Shown: positions 40,778 through 53,457 of the stretch, one piece after another
Position numbering within the stretch: position 1 is the stretch's first letter
Layout of the letters: every line of letters begins with the position of its first letter
From: Harriotta raleighana
Taxonomy: Eukaryota
DNA length: 64,000 nucleotides
Direction: 5' to 3'
Assembly: GCA_050575255.1 (NCBI GenBank)
Contig: JBNZDD010013577.1
Coordinates: 1,527,696-1,591,695 of the forward strand
Translations under genes and position numbers: made by a program
Notes under the pieces: generated by a model
Told to the model about the DNA's origin: nothing
The model's database searches: none
What the model saw: the letters and a program-made list of their open reading frames with translations, nothing else

Positions 40778-41630
40778 AGAATCATAGAATTTTACAGCAC
40801 AAAAAGAAGCCATTCAGCCCATCAAATCTTCTATGCCAGCTCTTTGAAAAGAGCTATTCAAAGTCAATCCCACTAACCAGCTCTCTCCATAACCCCACAA
40901 ACTCATTCTCCCCAAATAACCATCCATCTCACTTCTAAAAGTTGTTTCATGCAACGCCTTCCAGATTCGAAAAACTCGCTACGTGAAAAAAATTCTCCTC
41001 ACCTGCTTCTTTTAGAAACTAATTTAAATCTGTGACCTCAAGTTACTGGTGACCTCCACCAATAGAAACAGTTTTTCCTTGTTTACCCTATTGAATCCCC
41101 TCATGATTTTGGAAATGTCTGTTAGGTCTTCTCTGCTCCAATGAGAATAATCCTCATCTCTCTAGCCTTTCATATCCGAAATCCCTCATTCCTGGTACCA
41201 TCCTGGTAAATCTCCTCTGCACCCTTTCCAATGCCTTAACATTCTTCCTAAAGTGTGGTGACCAGAATTGAACACAGTACTCTAGCTGAGGCCTAACCAG
41301 CGTTTTATACAAGTTAATCATAACTTGCTGACTTTTGCACTTTGTACCCATATTTATAAAGCCTGGTATCCCGTATGCTTTTTAACAACCTCATCCTGGC
41401 ATCTTCAAATATTTGCTTAGATGAACTCCCAGGTCTCTCTGTTCCTTCAGTTCCCTTAAGACTGTACTATCTAGCTTATATTGCCTCTCCTCATTCTTTG
41501 TCTCCACTCTTTGGGACATCCTCCCGACATGAAAGGCGCTATACAAGTGTAATTTTGTTGTTGTTGTTGTTGTTTGTCCCAAAGTGCATCACCTCACATT
41601 TCTCCACATTAAACTTTAGTTGGTACTTAT
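40778..41630 (-). mobile_element. CR1-clade LINE 3' fragment, interrupted by an L2-type tail (about 41505-41577)
   Basis: LYKTLVRPQLEYCVQFWSPHFRKNVKALERVQRRFTRMVPGMR on the minus strand. Reverse-complemented tail at 40778-40850. Confidence 0.93.
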
Positions 41631-41671
41631 AGCAAATCATCCATTTGAAACAGTGTCTTTAGAAAATGGTA

Positions 41672-41743
41672 GTTGTCCTTTATCCACCCCCAAAACTATA
41701 CAATGTGTTTCATTGTGTTGATTTGGGGTGGATAAAGGACAAC
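41672..41743. repeat. Near-perfect inverted repeat (about 33-bp arms, 5-nt loop)
   Basis: gttgtcctttatccacccc..caatg TGTTT cattg..ggggtggataaaggacaac. The outer 19 bp pair perfectly. Confidence 0.9.
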
Positions 41744-42499
41744 ACAATTCATACAAAGATTGTATGAATCCATTATCATTGCTTTTAGCAATTGGATGCC
41801 GGGTTTCAACCACAAAAATATCAAATCACTTTGCAGTATAGTCTGTGAAGCATTTTGAGAAGTCAAGTCAGTCTAGGTAAAAAGGATTCAAAAAAGTCCT
41901 CACCCATTATCCTCTTCCTATCAGCTCCCCCTTGCTTATTTCACCAGTTACTTTGAAATCCGAGATTTTTAACCCCAGCCTAGAGATTGTTAGTACTTTT
42001 GAATGAATGTACTTTATTGGCAAGTTTCAATATTGGCATATTTTGTATTATACTGTATTGGGTTGGAGGGGGGATTGAGAGAAATCATAACTCACTAATT
42101 TGTCGGTGAAGGAAAGTAACAACTATATTTCCCAAACTGAAAATAAAAAGTTTTGCAATTGATTGAGTACATCCAGAAAATGGCAAATTGTTGAATTTAA
42201 TCTTAACTTTGAAACTGGTTTTCTGCTCATGAATGCATAGAATGTATAGAAAGATGGCCTCAAAATAAGCCTGTATTTAAAAATTTGCCAAATTCTGTAC
42301 GCTCTGAAAAGTTATTGCAATAGAGTAAATGTAGAGCCAGATAGAATTTTCACTTGTGTTTCTTCAAAGCTTTGAGCAGTAAGTTCAACTACATGTTGCA
42401 AAGATTGGAAACTCCCCTCACAGTGGCAGGTTAAGAGCTCTCAGTGAACAGGGAATAAAACAATAAAGCGATCAAGTGCAACAGACAACTACAACTGCA

Positions 42500-42655
42500 A
42501 ATTAAATATCTCTCAGCGAATGTCTGCCATCGTTACAATGTCAATAATAAGCAGGATATTTTCCAAGATACTGTCCATGCTCTACATTGCATGAACTGCT
42601 CCTAAGTGTGGTGTAATAATGTAAATTGAGAAATTATCGGGTAAATTTAAATTCA
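42500..42655 (-). pseudogene. Pseudo-exon, start of an RGS domain
   Basis: tactaat branch-like motif plus cacag acceptor. Reads PIISQFTLLHHT*EQFMQC then MDSILENILLIIDIV, versus recalled RGS22 KIIAFRKALLNPVTSRQFQRF..GDLLENGLLFWQEV. The 3' end is approximate. Confidence 0.6.
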
Positions 42656-43479
42656 CTGTGCCAAATTAGTAAAACGAAATTGAGTGCTAGTGTATCTGAT
42701 TTACAATGACCAATGCCACTGCACTCATTCATCCTTCCTCAGTATTAATGACTTTCCCAATGATACTTCCATCTTTTCCCTTTTATTAAACTCAGCTGTG
42801 ACCTGACATTGACAACTTTGCGTTGTGCATTCTAATTTATTGCACAAGTTGCTTCTTTGGAACAGTAGCAACGACTTGCATTTATGCAGGACTGCACGCA
42901 AGGTAGCCTCTCAGAGCACTTAATAATGGCATAGTTGCTGGCAAAGAGGAAAGTTTTTAAAAAGGATTTTACAAATTAAACTGTGTTACTCCCACCCACC
43001 AAAAAAGGATTGTTGTATTGGTTTCGAATACAGGAAAGAATAACTGAAATGGAAAAATCATGTTACAGCACAGTCTCCTGACATCCCGCCAGTTTACATC
43101 CAGCAACGTAGTTAAATTTAGCGAGCTGAGAAATGTCAGGCCCCAGGTATCTGAAACAAAATATTTTGTGAACTTTAATTGTTAGATAATTTATAATGGC
43201 TAACAAATCAGTCCATTGTTACTGTTTCCGAAGAAATAATTACTCTTCAAACTGAGGATTCAATCTATGACAATATGAAGTGCAACATGAATTTGAATAT
43301 GAGGAAGCACTTAATACAATTGCACGAGGGAAAGAAAAAAATGATCTTAGCAAAATTCTTCAAGAATTCACCTGACTGGCCATTAATAATACATCTGAAC
43401 CAGAAGAACAGCCTTTGAAAAGCACTAAACTGAACCCAATTAAAGCCTCCTTCATTATGAAGGCTCAAGATGTAATGGC

Positions 43480-43700
43480 AAGTGTAGCTTAAAAAAATTC
43501 TCTGTTGCAGTCTGTCTTAATGTAATATTAATGAGACTGGATGGAGGGTCATAAAAACTGATAGGTTTGCGATTGTAAATTATAAATCGGTATTGATTTT
43601 TCCCGGCACTAACACAGTTGGCTTATTGTAAGGTACCATAGGCAAAGTGCACTTTATCAGATTAGGCCGCAGCCTAATATCAAATATACATGAGAAGGAT
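43480..43700. promoter_or_regulatory. CNE/enhancer-like block
   Basis: Posterior Hox/Cdx-like cataaaa and gtaaa sites plus attaat clusters. Confidence 0.4.
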
Positions 43701-44822
43701 GCATTTGTGACATAGTGAATTTTTGGAAGCAACACACACACATAAACACATTAAAAAAGGGGGAAAAATACTAAAAAATTCAACAAATTTGACAGAAATG
43801 TCAAAAATCAAGGGCTGAACTATAATTTTTCTTAAAGGCATTTCATTCTCTGGGAACTCAAATGGATTTAAAATTTTAATACTTCTCAAAAATTATTGTC
43901 ACACAGCGCAACTAAGATGAATAGTTTAGCCAGGAAATTTGATTTGTAGAGTCTTGAGGTTCACAAGTTGGTGAAACCACAGCCGTTGTAACAAATAATT
44001 TGTTTTGGGTTTATTGGATAATAAGAAATTTTTCAAAAGCCTTAAGTTTGCCATAGCAGCAGCTTGGATCCTATAATTACTGTAATGCCCCCGGGCTAGG
44101 TAAGGGACAAAATCAGATCCATCCTGTTTACTATCCAGTGATGCCCTCCCTCCCTTCCTCACTCAGAGGTGCACATGTGTGCATACAAAAATAATGGTAG
44201 AATTCAGCTCAATCTTCCTGCCCACATTCAAATGCTGTGTGTAACTGGTACTTATTGCGGACCATTTCATTTTGCTATATTTATGCTTGGAAGATTTCTG
44301 GGTGAAATTAAATGGGCCGTGAAAAATAAATAAATAAAATATTAATCTTCGATATAAGAAAACAAACAAGTGCCACCAAGACCAAGACTTTGGAACACGG
44401 GTGAAAAAAAGCGCTCTGGGACGCTAGCTACCCTGCGTGAGGGACTCTACAAATGCAAGGTGTTGTTGTTGTTGTTTACCATAGTGTAGCAATACTCAAT
44501 ATCTGGGTTATTGCTGCACAGTGATCAAGAATGGAAACCCCAACTGAGTCTCATAACTGCTGCCCTGGATGAGATCAGGAAATGCAGCAAAACACAGGAA
44601 ACAAAAGGACTGTCTATAATCCACTTGGGGCCTGTTTGCATTTCTACAGGAGATGTAAGACAGTGAACACCAAATGGTTTCCTTAGTACTGACACATGGA
44701 GTCTTGAGACCTAATCAATGTTCCTTCTAATCACCCGGCCAAAGCAGCAATTTCAAGTATGTGTGTGTGTTTGTGTATGTGTGTGGTGGCGGGGTGGTAA
44801 ACTTCATTATTTGATCACTCAT

Positions 44823-45236
44823 CTTTTCGAGAAGAGTGCTGAGTTCAGATGCAGACACTACGGCTGGCTCCACATTAGTGCAGCGATGGACATGGCACCA
44901 GCTGACCAATAGCAATTTCCGATTGTGTTTTCTGATTTCAGAGGAAAATGGAAACACATCGCGAAATCTCACGGAACTCTGTCTCAAACCAGCCTTCCCT
45001 AAACCATATTTCCCACAATTTGATATGTGCTTCTGGTTACTGGAAGAAACATCCACTTGATTTCCTTATTAAGAAATCCCTTTGAAACAGTTGGGATCCT
45101 CTGCAAGCTTCGGGAAAAGGGTGTTCTTTATGTAATATGAAGGTGGGGGCAGTAAATAGAACCCCCTCAATATGGCCCAAAAGGATTAAAATACTAATTT
45201 AGAGTGTTCACACGCATCAATCATCATTAGACATCA
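44823..45236 (-). pseudogene. Pseudo-exon, RGS-domain-like
   Basis: Strong acceptor ttcctccttggttttcag. Fragments DACEHSKL, KGFLNKE, V*GRLV*DRVP and SEIRKHNRKLL parallel recalled RGS22 EFEHFRQ, KYLNKK, WGKILHEQL and VEIQKHVQNRL. Putative decayed donor AAG|atgagt. Confidence 0.6.
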
Positions 45237-45545
45237 CTGAAAACCAAGGAGGAATGTTGAATTGACCGGGTGTCTGGCAGTCAACTGGCATTTGTGCAAA
45301 GCCCTGTCTTTGTGTATTGCAATAACAGTTACCCAAAGCACTTCTTGTGTACTCATGACTAGTACCACTTCTTATGTAAACATTTGAGTACTTCACACAC
45401 ATTCTCTAAGTTCTCTGTGATGTTGCTATCAGGCCAGCCATGTGAAGGGCTCTCAAGACTGGGACTTGGCAATGGGATAGTCACTGAAAAGGGCTCTGGC
45501 GTCACAGCTGGTGTGAATTGATACGCCGTGCCAAACCTTCTTTAC

Positions 45546-46065
45546 CAGCAGGTCATTAACAGACCAAACAATATTCAAACAACAGATCCAGACTTTAGTT
45601 GTCTGCCCTGTGCTGCTTGTAATGAATCTAAGAGATGGAGTGTGAGGACTCTTGAGTTCACCCTTTCAGAGCCAAAAAAAACCCTCCAAATGTGTGCACA
45701 GAATTTCCAAAAAGGACTGGATTTTTGGAAACTCCAATATGGGAGCTGCATGTTGGTATATTATAATTCTTCTTGCAAATTTCCAAAAGATAGATGTACT
45801 GAAAGAGCTAAATGAACATTGAAGTGGTTGGAACAAAGAACATATTTATCTCCAATATCCAAATGCAGCCAGAGTAAGGCAGTCACAATGTGATCCAAAA
45901 GGATCTATGCATGATCATCGCATCTTAACTGATGTTGAATCGTTAAAGCTGATATGGTCGCTCAGATTAGTGCAGATCCAAATGGATAAATACACCACAG
46001 CCATTAGCCATGGATGTTTTAAACTCATTTTTGAAAGGCGGCTGTGTGCTGGCCCCTTTAAATGC
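45546..46065 (-). pseudogene. Pseudo-exon, RGS-domain-like
   Basis: Acceptor aatctccag. Reads AFKGASTQPPFK...VFIHLDLH*SERPYQ, then with frameshifts HLDIGDKY and LEICKK. Same order as recalled RGS22 ALLHD..GNPF..VYFWFDLQAYHQLFYQ..TLDIG..KEIYMK. Confidence 0.6.
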
Positions 46066-46607
46066 CTGGAGATTACCACATTAAAGATGTATTCTATATG
46101 TTTTGCTTGCTACAAGTCAAGACTTTATCAAGGATTAATGCCCCACTCAGAAGCCAAACAGCAGGATTTGTACAGTCTATCCATTAATGAAACAAATAGT
46201 AAAATACCAGTGATGCTTATCATGTACATCTATCAGGCAAAAGTCTTAAACGCATTAAATTGCTTTGCACAGACTATTGGGTTTAGCAGATTTGCAGTGT
46301 TATAATTTACTGCGGGAGCACAATTTCCACTAATAAACCAACTACATTCAAAGAAATGAGCTTCAATTAAAGCCATTCATTATATTTCTGGTCCTGACAA
46401 GACTAATGCCTGGAGTTTTATATGACTGTTAATACATTTATTGGAACTATTTTTCTAAGCTAAAGACTGTTCAAGTTCCACCTCAAGGCACTAAGATCTG
46501 TTTCCATTATCGGCTGAATGTTCTCCAGAGTGCTATTGATTGTACAGTGATGGGACACTTCTAGGACAAAGCAAAACTAATTAAGCAGCGAGCGCAAAGA
46601 ATTGTAC

Positions 46608-46884
46608 CTTCAATAGTGTTTGAAGCCACATTTAATTATTGCGTGGATAAAACAACATGAAGCCCAACATGCATTTGTTATAGTGTAAATGTACTGCTCG
46701 TAATATTGACTGGGAACCTGCTGTTTAATCCAATACCAGTGACAGCAGAACTGCGATGTCTGAAAGGGATGATTCGGGAAAATACTGACGGAGACAAGGG
46801 CTTTGGTTGTTGATGGGGATGTACACACAGACAACAGAGATGTGTGTTGTAGACAACAAAGGCTGTTATGAGCTTCCCTGATGG
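46608..46884 (-). pseudogene. Pseudo-exon, inter-domain linker
   Basis: Acceptor ccctctcgtctttaccaatctag and donor GAAG|GTACAA. Phase-0 frame includes PKPLSPSVFSRIIPFRHRSS (cf. LLPLRPKS). Confidence 0.5.
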
Positions 46885-47336
46885 CTAGATTGGTAAAGAC
46901 GAGAGGGTAGGACTCTTCAAATGCCACGTGCAGAACAGAGGCTGATCTGCAAGATGCCAAGTTTGATTCCTCATCAATTGCTGATGGAATTGATCTCAGC
47001 TAAGAGGTATTTGTGTGGGTGGAGGCGTGGAAGGAATTAAAATTGGCTTCAGTGCCTATTGAGCTAGGTAAGGGCTCTGCCTTCTGTTTACTATCCAGTG
47101 ACTACTACCTGACCACTAAATGCATGCGTACCACGTGAGGGAAGGATGGTGCTCATCCACCCTATCCCCAACTCAGCCCTATTCCCTCCACCCCGAATAG
47201 CCTGTAAAACAGTAGTTGTCTCAGCTGCCAAATCAAAAATAGGCACTTGAATGAGGGCATTTGCTTAAAGTTTTCAACCAGCGAATCCTGCAGGGAATCA
47301 GCTATGCTTCATACCAACCCCAGTGAGGCTTTCCAA

Positions 47337-48075
47337 ACAACAAAATTATATTTGTGGAGCGCCTGTCATGACGGGAGGTGCAAGCTGCTGAACAGTCAGG
47401 GTTCAGGATCCTAACATAAGGGTGGGGTGCATAAGGTGCATAAGGGTTGGGATAAGGGAGGGCAGAGAGGTACAAAGGTGGCTGAAGACATCGTCAAAGA
47501 GGAGGGTCTTGAGTCGAGCCTTGGTGTAGGCAAGGGAGGTATCAAAGTGAAGTTATTATGGGATGGAGTTCCAAAGAGTGGGGTCAGAGAGACTGAAAGC
47601 CTGGCCGCCAATGGTAGGGCGGGTCGGGGTGAGGAGATATGGAGCAGGCTGAATTCCTGAATATTACTGCTGAATGGAGGGAGTGGATAGGATAGAGGTG
47701 ATAGGGGGTCAGCAGGTCAGAGAGGTAGGAAAGGGTAAGGCCTTGAAGGGCCTTGAAAGTGAGGTGGAGGATTTTGAATTGCAGTCTCTGAGGTATGGGG
47801 AGCCAGTGGGCAAAGGTGGAGGTGATGGGAGTCACAGGAGAGGACAAGAGCTGCAATGCTTTGAATCATCTGCAGCTTAGGAGGGAAGAGTTGGGGAGCC
47901 GACAAGGAGGGAGTTTCCATAGTTGAGACTTGATGTGTGTGTATGAGGGTTTCGGCAGCTTGAGGATTGAGGCATTGGCAGAGTTGGGTAATATTGTGGA
48001 GGTGGTGGAAGGCAGTGCTGGTCATGACATGGATATGGGGGAGAAAGGACAGTTGAGGGACTCCAAACCAATGTT
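47337..48075 (-). mobile_element. L2-clade LINE 3' fragment
   Basis: AFHHLHNITQL..AAETLIH..LNYGNSLL and HWLPIPQRLQFKILHLTFKALQGL..SYLSDLL. Confidence 0.92.
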
Positions 48076-48140
48076 GGTATCAAAGCAGAGATGATGTGGG
48101 TTGACATGACCCACCTCCAGGTACTGGAAGAATTACGTAC

Positions 48141-48358
48141 TTATTAAATCCTGATGCGATTACTAGAATTTAGACCCCAATTCAAATATATATTCAAATT
48201 ACTATTCAAAAACGCAATCTTAGTGTACAAGGATATGCCTGGAGAGGAGAAGACAGAGTGGATCAGATGCAGACAGCATGCCGGGCTCCTCAAGTGTCCT
48301 ATCCATGTCAATCCTCGAGTTATTTGTTCCATATTCCTCTACTCACTGCCACTTATTT
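48141..48358 (-). pseudogene. Pseudo-exon, RGS-domain-like
   Basis: Acceptor ttcacttctatag and donor GTACGT. Fragment RIDMDRTLEEPG...LSRHILVH resembles RGS22 WMDIERLKVLKDPG...KCYLVS as recalled. Confidence 0.45.
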
Positions 48359-48829
48359 CTATAGAAGTGAACCAATCAGTCAATGTGTGGACACAGAAAG
48401 AGACAAATGTAGCATTCAGCGGACTGCTATTCAGTCAAAAAGATAAAAGTCTGAATTAGGTGTATGACTGACTGTGAGAATATCTCCTACTTTGGACAGT
48501 CAAGGCATTTGCATGTCTTTGTAGTCTGAATGATCATTCCCCCCTCCAGTTCTCTCTGCTCTCAGTTGCTCACTAATTATGGTATTGGTNTTCTTGTGGT
48601 TCTCTCTGCTCTCAGTTGCTCACTAATTATGGTATTGGTTCCATTGGATCTCAACCAGTCTCCTAACAACTTACCAAAGTGACCATTCGTCTAACACTGG
48701 GCTGACAACAATACAGGCAGGACAATGAGCGTACTCTTTAACAGCTGAGCCAGATCCTTTCGCCGAAATACTGGGGGATTGGAGTGTATGTAGCACAAGG
48801 CTTAGAACAGCATGTAATTGCAGTGTCGC

Positions 48830-49320
48830 TAAGGAGCTTGTTCATACTATTCCACAAAACCCGCTCTTCTGAGACAACCCTAATAGAAGTAACAGCGTGT
48901 TTTACAAAAAAACACACATCGTTTTGCTTTCAGGGAGCAACGTTTCAAACAATTGACTTCGCTCAGTGCAAAAAGATTGTGTGTGTCAAGGGTCAGGTGA
49001 AAAGACCCTCCCACCGCTCTCAATGATCGCTCACCCCAGCGCAGAGGTGTGCAATGAAGCCGAACAAAAATGTCAATCGTTCTCAAGCTATATTAGAATA
49101 TGTAAATAAAAACACAGAGGAGTAATTGCACTCAATACGGTGAAGCCAGGGCTGGCTGCAAACTTACTGGAATTAAAGGAAACAAGATACTGATTGTAGA
49201 TGCATTTGTTTTACGGGAAGTGACAGGTTTTCAGCATTGCTAGGCAACACTTCATTAGCAAAATGAGTCAAAATTGTTTCATGATAGCTGTTTTATTTGT
49301 CAAAACTGCTTTGTTCTGGG
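48830..49320. promoter_or_regulatory. CNE/enhancer-like block
   Basis: ETS ggaagt (49216), RFX-like ttgctaggcaac (49237-49248), AP-1 tgagtca (49264-49270) and Sox-like aacaat. Confidence 0.5.
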
Positions 49321-50195
49321 GGAATGAGAGGTTTCTTTCTTACTTTCCTAGTTTGCTAGGTTTGAAATATTTTTAAATGTGCTCTCTCTCCATCAGTCTC
49401 CATCTCCGTCTTTCCCCCACCTCCCCCACCCACCCACCAACCAGGGCAAAATCTAATGGTCATTCCTCATGTATGGACAGTGAGAGTTTACAAACAATAC
49501 AACCTTGGTGGTGAGGGAAGTAAAGCTGAGCCCTGGTTTGATATCCACACACAGACACGTTCATTTGGGGAGAAAGTGCCACTTAGGTCTAAATTTATCC
49601 TATTTATCTACCATTTCAGAGCATCCAAAATTTGGCATTCTTACATACAATGAAGCTGTTTTGATGTAATTTTTAAAAACAACTATGGAAAACTGGCTGA
49701 CTTTTCTCCATCTGAATCAAAACTAAGGCTCAATGGCATTCTGCCAGCGCTTTGGGGCATCCTCCTGATGCTTTGGGATGTCCAGCTGCTAAAGAAGTGT
49801 AATTTTGTTGTTGTTGTTCCATTGTTGCTTGCCTGAAATTACCCAACATTGGGTAATCACACTGTGCACCTTTCTGTGTCTCAATACTATCCAATCAAGG
49901 CATTGGAAAGCTAACACTCCTTCCTTTTAAAGTATGTGCATTTTTCTTACACATAATTGTATTGCAGTATGGTATTTCCTTTTACATACTGTAACTTTGC
50001 TGCACATATAAAAACAGCATAGATTTGTACAAGACCCATTTATATTGTTTCCATTCCAGCTTCATCTAAACACAACCAGGAACACAGAATCTTGTTTCCC
50101 CCTCCGTGCACCACTCTGTGATTTCATTTGTACCACAGGTTGTATTTAATCTATTCAGAACACAGAATACACAGAACGAGTCCAAGCTACTTTAC

Positions 50196-50595
50196 ATAGC
50201 CGGGCTTCAAACTAGTTTAATTTGGCCAGTGAACAAGGTGTTCTCTATTCAGCAGCACCTTGTTGGAACACTGAAAAGCCAACAATCCAGCTTTTATTAA
50301 CAATACCACAGAAGTCCAATTTCTTTTCGTGAAACTCTCTCCACTGTGAGTTTTGTGCCACAGTGTGTTTTAAGAAGACAAAGTAGCTGTTGATTTGCAC
50401 TGCCGCAATGGGCTGAATGGCTTCCTTCCACAGCCAAAGCATGTCGTTCAATAAAATCCTTAACATTTTTAATAAAATTTTCTCCCCCGCAATTTTCTCA
50501 TCTATTCTCTTGAAGATGCTGACTCAAGCTAGATACGATTCCACATATAACGTCTCACCCAAGAGTCATTCTTCATGCACGCATCTGGATGGAAA
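50196..50595 (-). pseudogene. Pseudo-exon, RGS-domain-like
   Basis: One frame reads about 133 codons with 4 stops, including VSIFKRIDEKIAGEKILLKMLRI (cf. FKxFxxGTxGExxxxxW). GTAAAG donor. Acceptor abuts a CR1 fragment. Confidence 0.55.
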
Positions 50596-50606
50596 CTGTC
50601 AGCAAG

Positions 50607-50850
50607 AATCATAGAATGTTGCATCCCAGAAACAGGCCGTTTGACCCAACAATTGCTCTAGCATCCTCTCCACTTCGGACATTTCATCGTTCCCACTGTT
50701 GCTTTGATTTTCTTTTCAAAGGAATTTCTGGACCGTACTTCCAAGAACTGTTTGTAGGAAAAAATTCAAATTCCAAAGGCCCTCTGAAGAATTTTTCTTT
50801 CAGTCACCCTTTAAATATTTTTATCATAATCTTGAAACTATGTGATGTTA
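50607..50850 (-). mobile_element. Degenerate CR1 3' end
   Basis: aatcatagaatg...aacaggccgtttgaccca is a reverse-complemented CR1 tail. Confidence 0.55.
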
Positions 50851-51849
50851 GTGGGGCTGCGTCTGATCCTCTCCTCAATCGATGACCACACAGACTTTCT
50901 ATTGGGAAAAATGAGAGAGCCCCTGGCTAGAGATCAAGAGCAGGAATCTGATTCCATTTCCTCCTTCCCACCATGAAAGCCAAACGGTGGGATCTTAGCT
51001 GGAATTGGACAACAGTGCAGTCCAGCAACCAAACCAAGGGGCCTTCCTGGTCTGGATGATCTCTGGCTGATTCAACTAGCTAATTTCATAGCAAAAATTG
51101 TTCGGTATAAGGCAGCGTAGGAGAGAGCAAGCTTCCATCCTTTTGGTATAACTATTGCTTTATGGAATATGGTATGAAATTCACACACAGACAAGCATGG
51201 CTGATAGGGCATATAAAAGCACCACCACAAAACTTATTTATAAAGATATCAGAAAATAAGGGTTAGAGCTCAATAGCAAAACTTGGTCTCTTTAAAGGCA
51301 TATAGTAGTGAACAGTAAGAACGGATCTCACGTGAAAGTGGCTGGCTTCAGGTTGGTTAGAAGATTGGCAGACTTGACCTTTGGTCTGGTCCATCAATCA
51401 CCTAGCCTTCTCTCAACTCACAGAAAGAGTCCACATGTGCATCTATTATTGCTTAAATCCAAATTGACTGTTTCTTCACATCCGATACAAATCAACAGCC
51501 CTAGTGTGAACAGAGGGCTCGAGTAAAGCACTTGTGTGTGTTATTATAGCAGGAAACCAATAAAAGGCTTAATCAGGGGAAAGGGAATTTGGAGAAACTG
51601 GGGGCACATGAAAGGTGATGCACATTGGCTAGACTGACAGGTTCGAGATCGGGCCAGCACAGATCAAGATAATTGCAACAAACAAAAGAAATATCAAGGT
51701 ACAAAATAAACACAGGCTGTTCTCTTAAGAGTAACCCACTGTCCAGAACCTAATGCTTGATTAAAGTCCACATTTATGCAGCATCTGCCAAATACAAAAA
51801 AGTACTTTTTCATTCAGTCTCGGTACTTTATATAAATAAAATATAATTG

Positions 51850-52000
51850 GTTTCAGTGCGCCCAGTTTTCCTGGCTGCACCTCGAAGCTCACTGACGTGA
51901 TTATACAATTCCTGCCAGTTGGCATGTGGATTTGATTAGCAGGGGCTTGTGATTGACTGACTTCACGAGGCACGTCACCAGGAGCCGATCGGCAACTTAC
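51850..52000. promoter_or_regulatory. CpG-retaining regulatory-like block
   Basis: Two CRE/ATF half-sites (tgacgt, acgtca), Pbx-like tgattgac and several CpGs. Confidence 0.4.
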
Positions 52001-53457
52001 CCAAAAGGTAGAAAGAGTTGTTTCAACCCAGCGCCTTGGGACGTCCTCCCGACGTGAAAGGCTCTCTATAAATCTAATTTTGTTGTTGTTTTTTCTTCTT
52101 TTTAAAATAATTGGGGGTGGGGGAGCCCCCCAAAAAACATATAAAACAATTCTATCCATGATCTTGCTCATAAATCCCTTGGTTTATTGTGATATGCACT
52201 GTTCGCACGCAAAGGGTGTTTGAGAGATTTTCATGCTGGCTTATTGCTACATTCTTCCAGGGGAAATAGGCACCCTATTGCTTTTCTTCCTGCAAAGTTT
52301 TTTTACTGGACTGGACTGATGCATAATAAAATGACTGCCGCAGTGTCTATGGAGTGTGTAAGCAATTTGACACACTTAAGGTGCTGTATCGGCAGTGCAC
52401 CGAACAGTCAGTTTAATTTCTTGGGAAGGCTGGTAAGCTTTCCATACTGAAAGATTTGAGGCAGAGGGAACATGTGCCAACTGCGGAATGAACATGAGCT
52501 AACCTATACTAGGGATAAACCGGCCAGTGTTCAGAGTTAATCCTGTCACAACGCTGTCCAAACTCACATATGAAGAATGGCCATTTGGGCTAAGACCAGA
52601 GGCCGGCCGGCAGATATGCAACCCTATACACAGACAAGATGTCACCTTCCAATAACCCAGGTAAAGGTTGTAGTATCCTGTGCTTACGTATACAATCTTC
52701 TAAGCAGACAAGTTCTAAGAGTCAAAAAGGGAAAATAACAGAACAGCTCTAGTGCGGCCTAGTGGTCCTATTAGGTTGGCTCCAGTTTAGTCTGAAAATA
52801 TGTATCCAATCTTGATTCGCAAATTCAGAGATAGAAAATGAAGGCCAAACCTTTCAGATCATCAATTTCACAATAGTAAAGAACATCACTGGACATGAAA
52901 GATCCAGAAAAGACAAATGAAAACTAACAGTTTAGCCAATACTGAGTTAGGTACCTTATAGGCGGAAGAGAAGACGCTAAGGTAATGTGATTCACATTTT
53001 GAGATCATACAGAAATATTCAGTCAGTGCCAATGAGCTTGGGTTTCAATGCAAGAGAATGCAGGGGAGGAGAATGAGTGTTAAGATGGTCTCAAGACGCT
53101 CCTCTTCGACTGTGCCTTCAGTCACCCTCCTACCTCTCTGCCTTCCCTTCATCCCAACCAAGTCCCCATCCCTTCAACCCCCCCTTCTGGTACCGACTGC
53201 TCAGCGTCTTAGGACGTCCTCCCAATGTGAAAGGCGCTACAAAAATTTAATTTGGTTGTTTTGTGCACCCAGAGCAGAGAAGAGAAAATTAGACATTGAC
53301 ATGATACAGTAAAAATGTAGGTATTTGATACTGAATCTTTTCCCCTATTTGATTATAAGTAGAATTATAATAATAATACCATTATTATAGTAGAATTATT
53401 GAGCAGAATTCTTGAATGGAAAACATATGTCATTATGAGCCATTTTAACTTTCGCAC

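Noticed and set aside
48549-48639. Perfect 41-bp tandem duplication
   Set aside because: It flanks a single N (48590), so it is most likely an assembly artefact.
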